NCBI RefSeq assembly: GCF_001194135.2
Contig: NC_068999.1
Location: forward strand, 27,364,652 to 27,428,651
DNA: 64,000 nt
Direction of reading: 5' to 3'
Source: Octopus bimaculoides
Taxonomy: Eukaryota
The position numbers and the translations under genes were made by a program. The notes below the pieces were generated by a model. It saw only the letters and a list, made by a program, of their open reading frames with translations, was not told where the DNA came from and did not search any database. Below, one piece after another: positions 63,525-64,000 of this stretch (position 1 is its first letter; each line of letters starts with the position of its first letter).

Positions 63525-63569
<45 letters not shown>

Positions 63570-63579
63570 NNNNNNNNNN

Positions 63580-63667
<88 letters not shown>

Positions 63668-63841
63668 TAGACAGACAGACAGACAGAGACAGAGGGGGAG
63701 GTTATGAGCGGTAGTGGTGTCAATTAGACCCAGAAGTTTCAGGTAATGCTGAGTAAGTGCAATGGATAGACCATAGTTAAGCTCCAGGTTCGGTGATTAT
63801 GCGAATAAGGGGTCCAACGTAGGTCATATATCAGCATGTGA

Positions 63842-63997
63842 ATATAAGGATTTACTTTTCACAATGTGATAACAAACCAAGGCTGATGAAGGGATATAAT
63901 AAATATCCTGGAAACAGATGTAAGACCTATTTATAAATGTTCTGAAATATACACAGCCTTGGTTTGTTATCTCATTACGAAAAGTAAATCCTTATAT
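63842..63997. repeat. Fold-back mini-element: 44-bp inverted arms around a hammerhead core
   Basis: 63842-63885 vs 63954-63997 has 3 mismatches. The spacer has CTGATGA-a-gggatat(aataa)atatcct-g-GAAA-cagatg-TA. Confidence 0.8.
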
Positions 63998-64000
63998 ATA

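Larger units (their letters stand above)
61480..63526 (+). mobile_element. Penelope-like element with inverted terminal-repeat copy at the 5' side
   Basis: From 61846: VDFLDVTLDL...YRKPN, KHFSRGHKYYKLFNPHNIKVSYSC, HYTGTTANDFKGRY. 61480-61605 is an inverted copy of 63402-63526. Confidence 0.85.

Overview
AT-rich, gap-ridden eukaryotic draft scaffold that is almost entirely decayed transposable elements and microsatellites. The SINE families and (CA)n/(TA)n/(CATA)n/(GATA)n density suggest an octopod cephalopod (inference). No intact host gene or intact transposon ORF is visible. Recognisable contents: about 8 Penelope-like (RT/GIY-YIG) remnants, RLE-clade (R4/Dong-like) non-LTR fragments, 6 mariner and 2 other Tc1/mariner (maT/rosa-like) remnants, one hAT with nested insertions, 3 Helitron pieces, about 15 tRNA-type SINE copies, a 5S rRNA pseudogene and one good candidate signal-peptide exon (51258-51323). 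The most interesting signals are: (i) roughly ten type-I hammerhead ribozyme motifs in Penelope terminal repeats, two of them in the loop of fold-back mini-elements (12.4-13.0 kb and 63.84-64.0 kb); (ii) an RLE retrotransposon family repeatedly flanked by (CATA)n, suggesting microsatellite targeting; (iii) several inverted duplications joined at short microhomologies. All alignments and folds were done by eye, element boundaries are approximate, and no database search was run.
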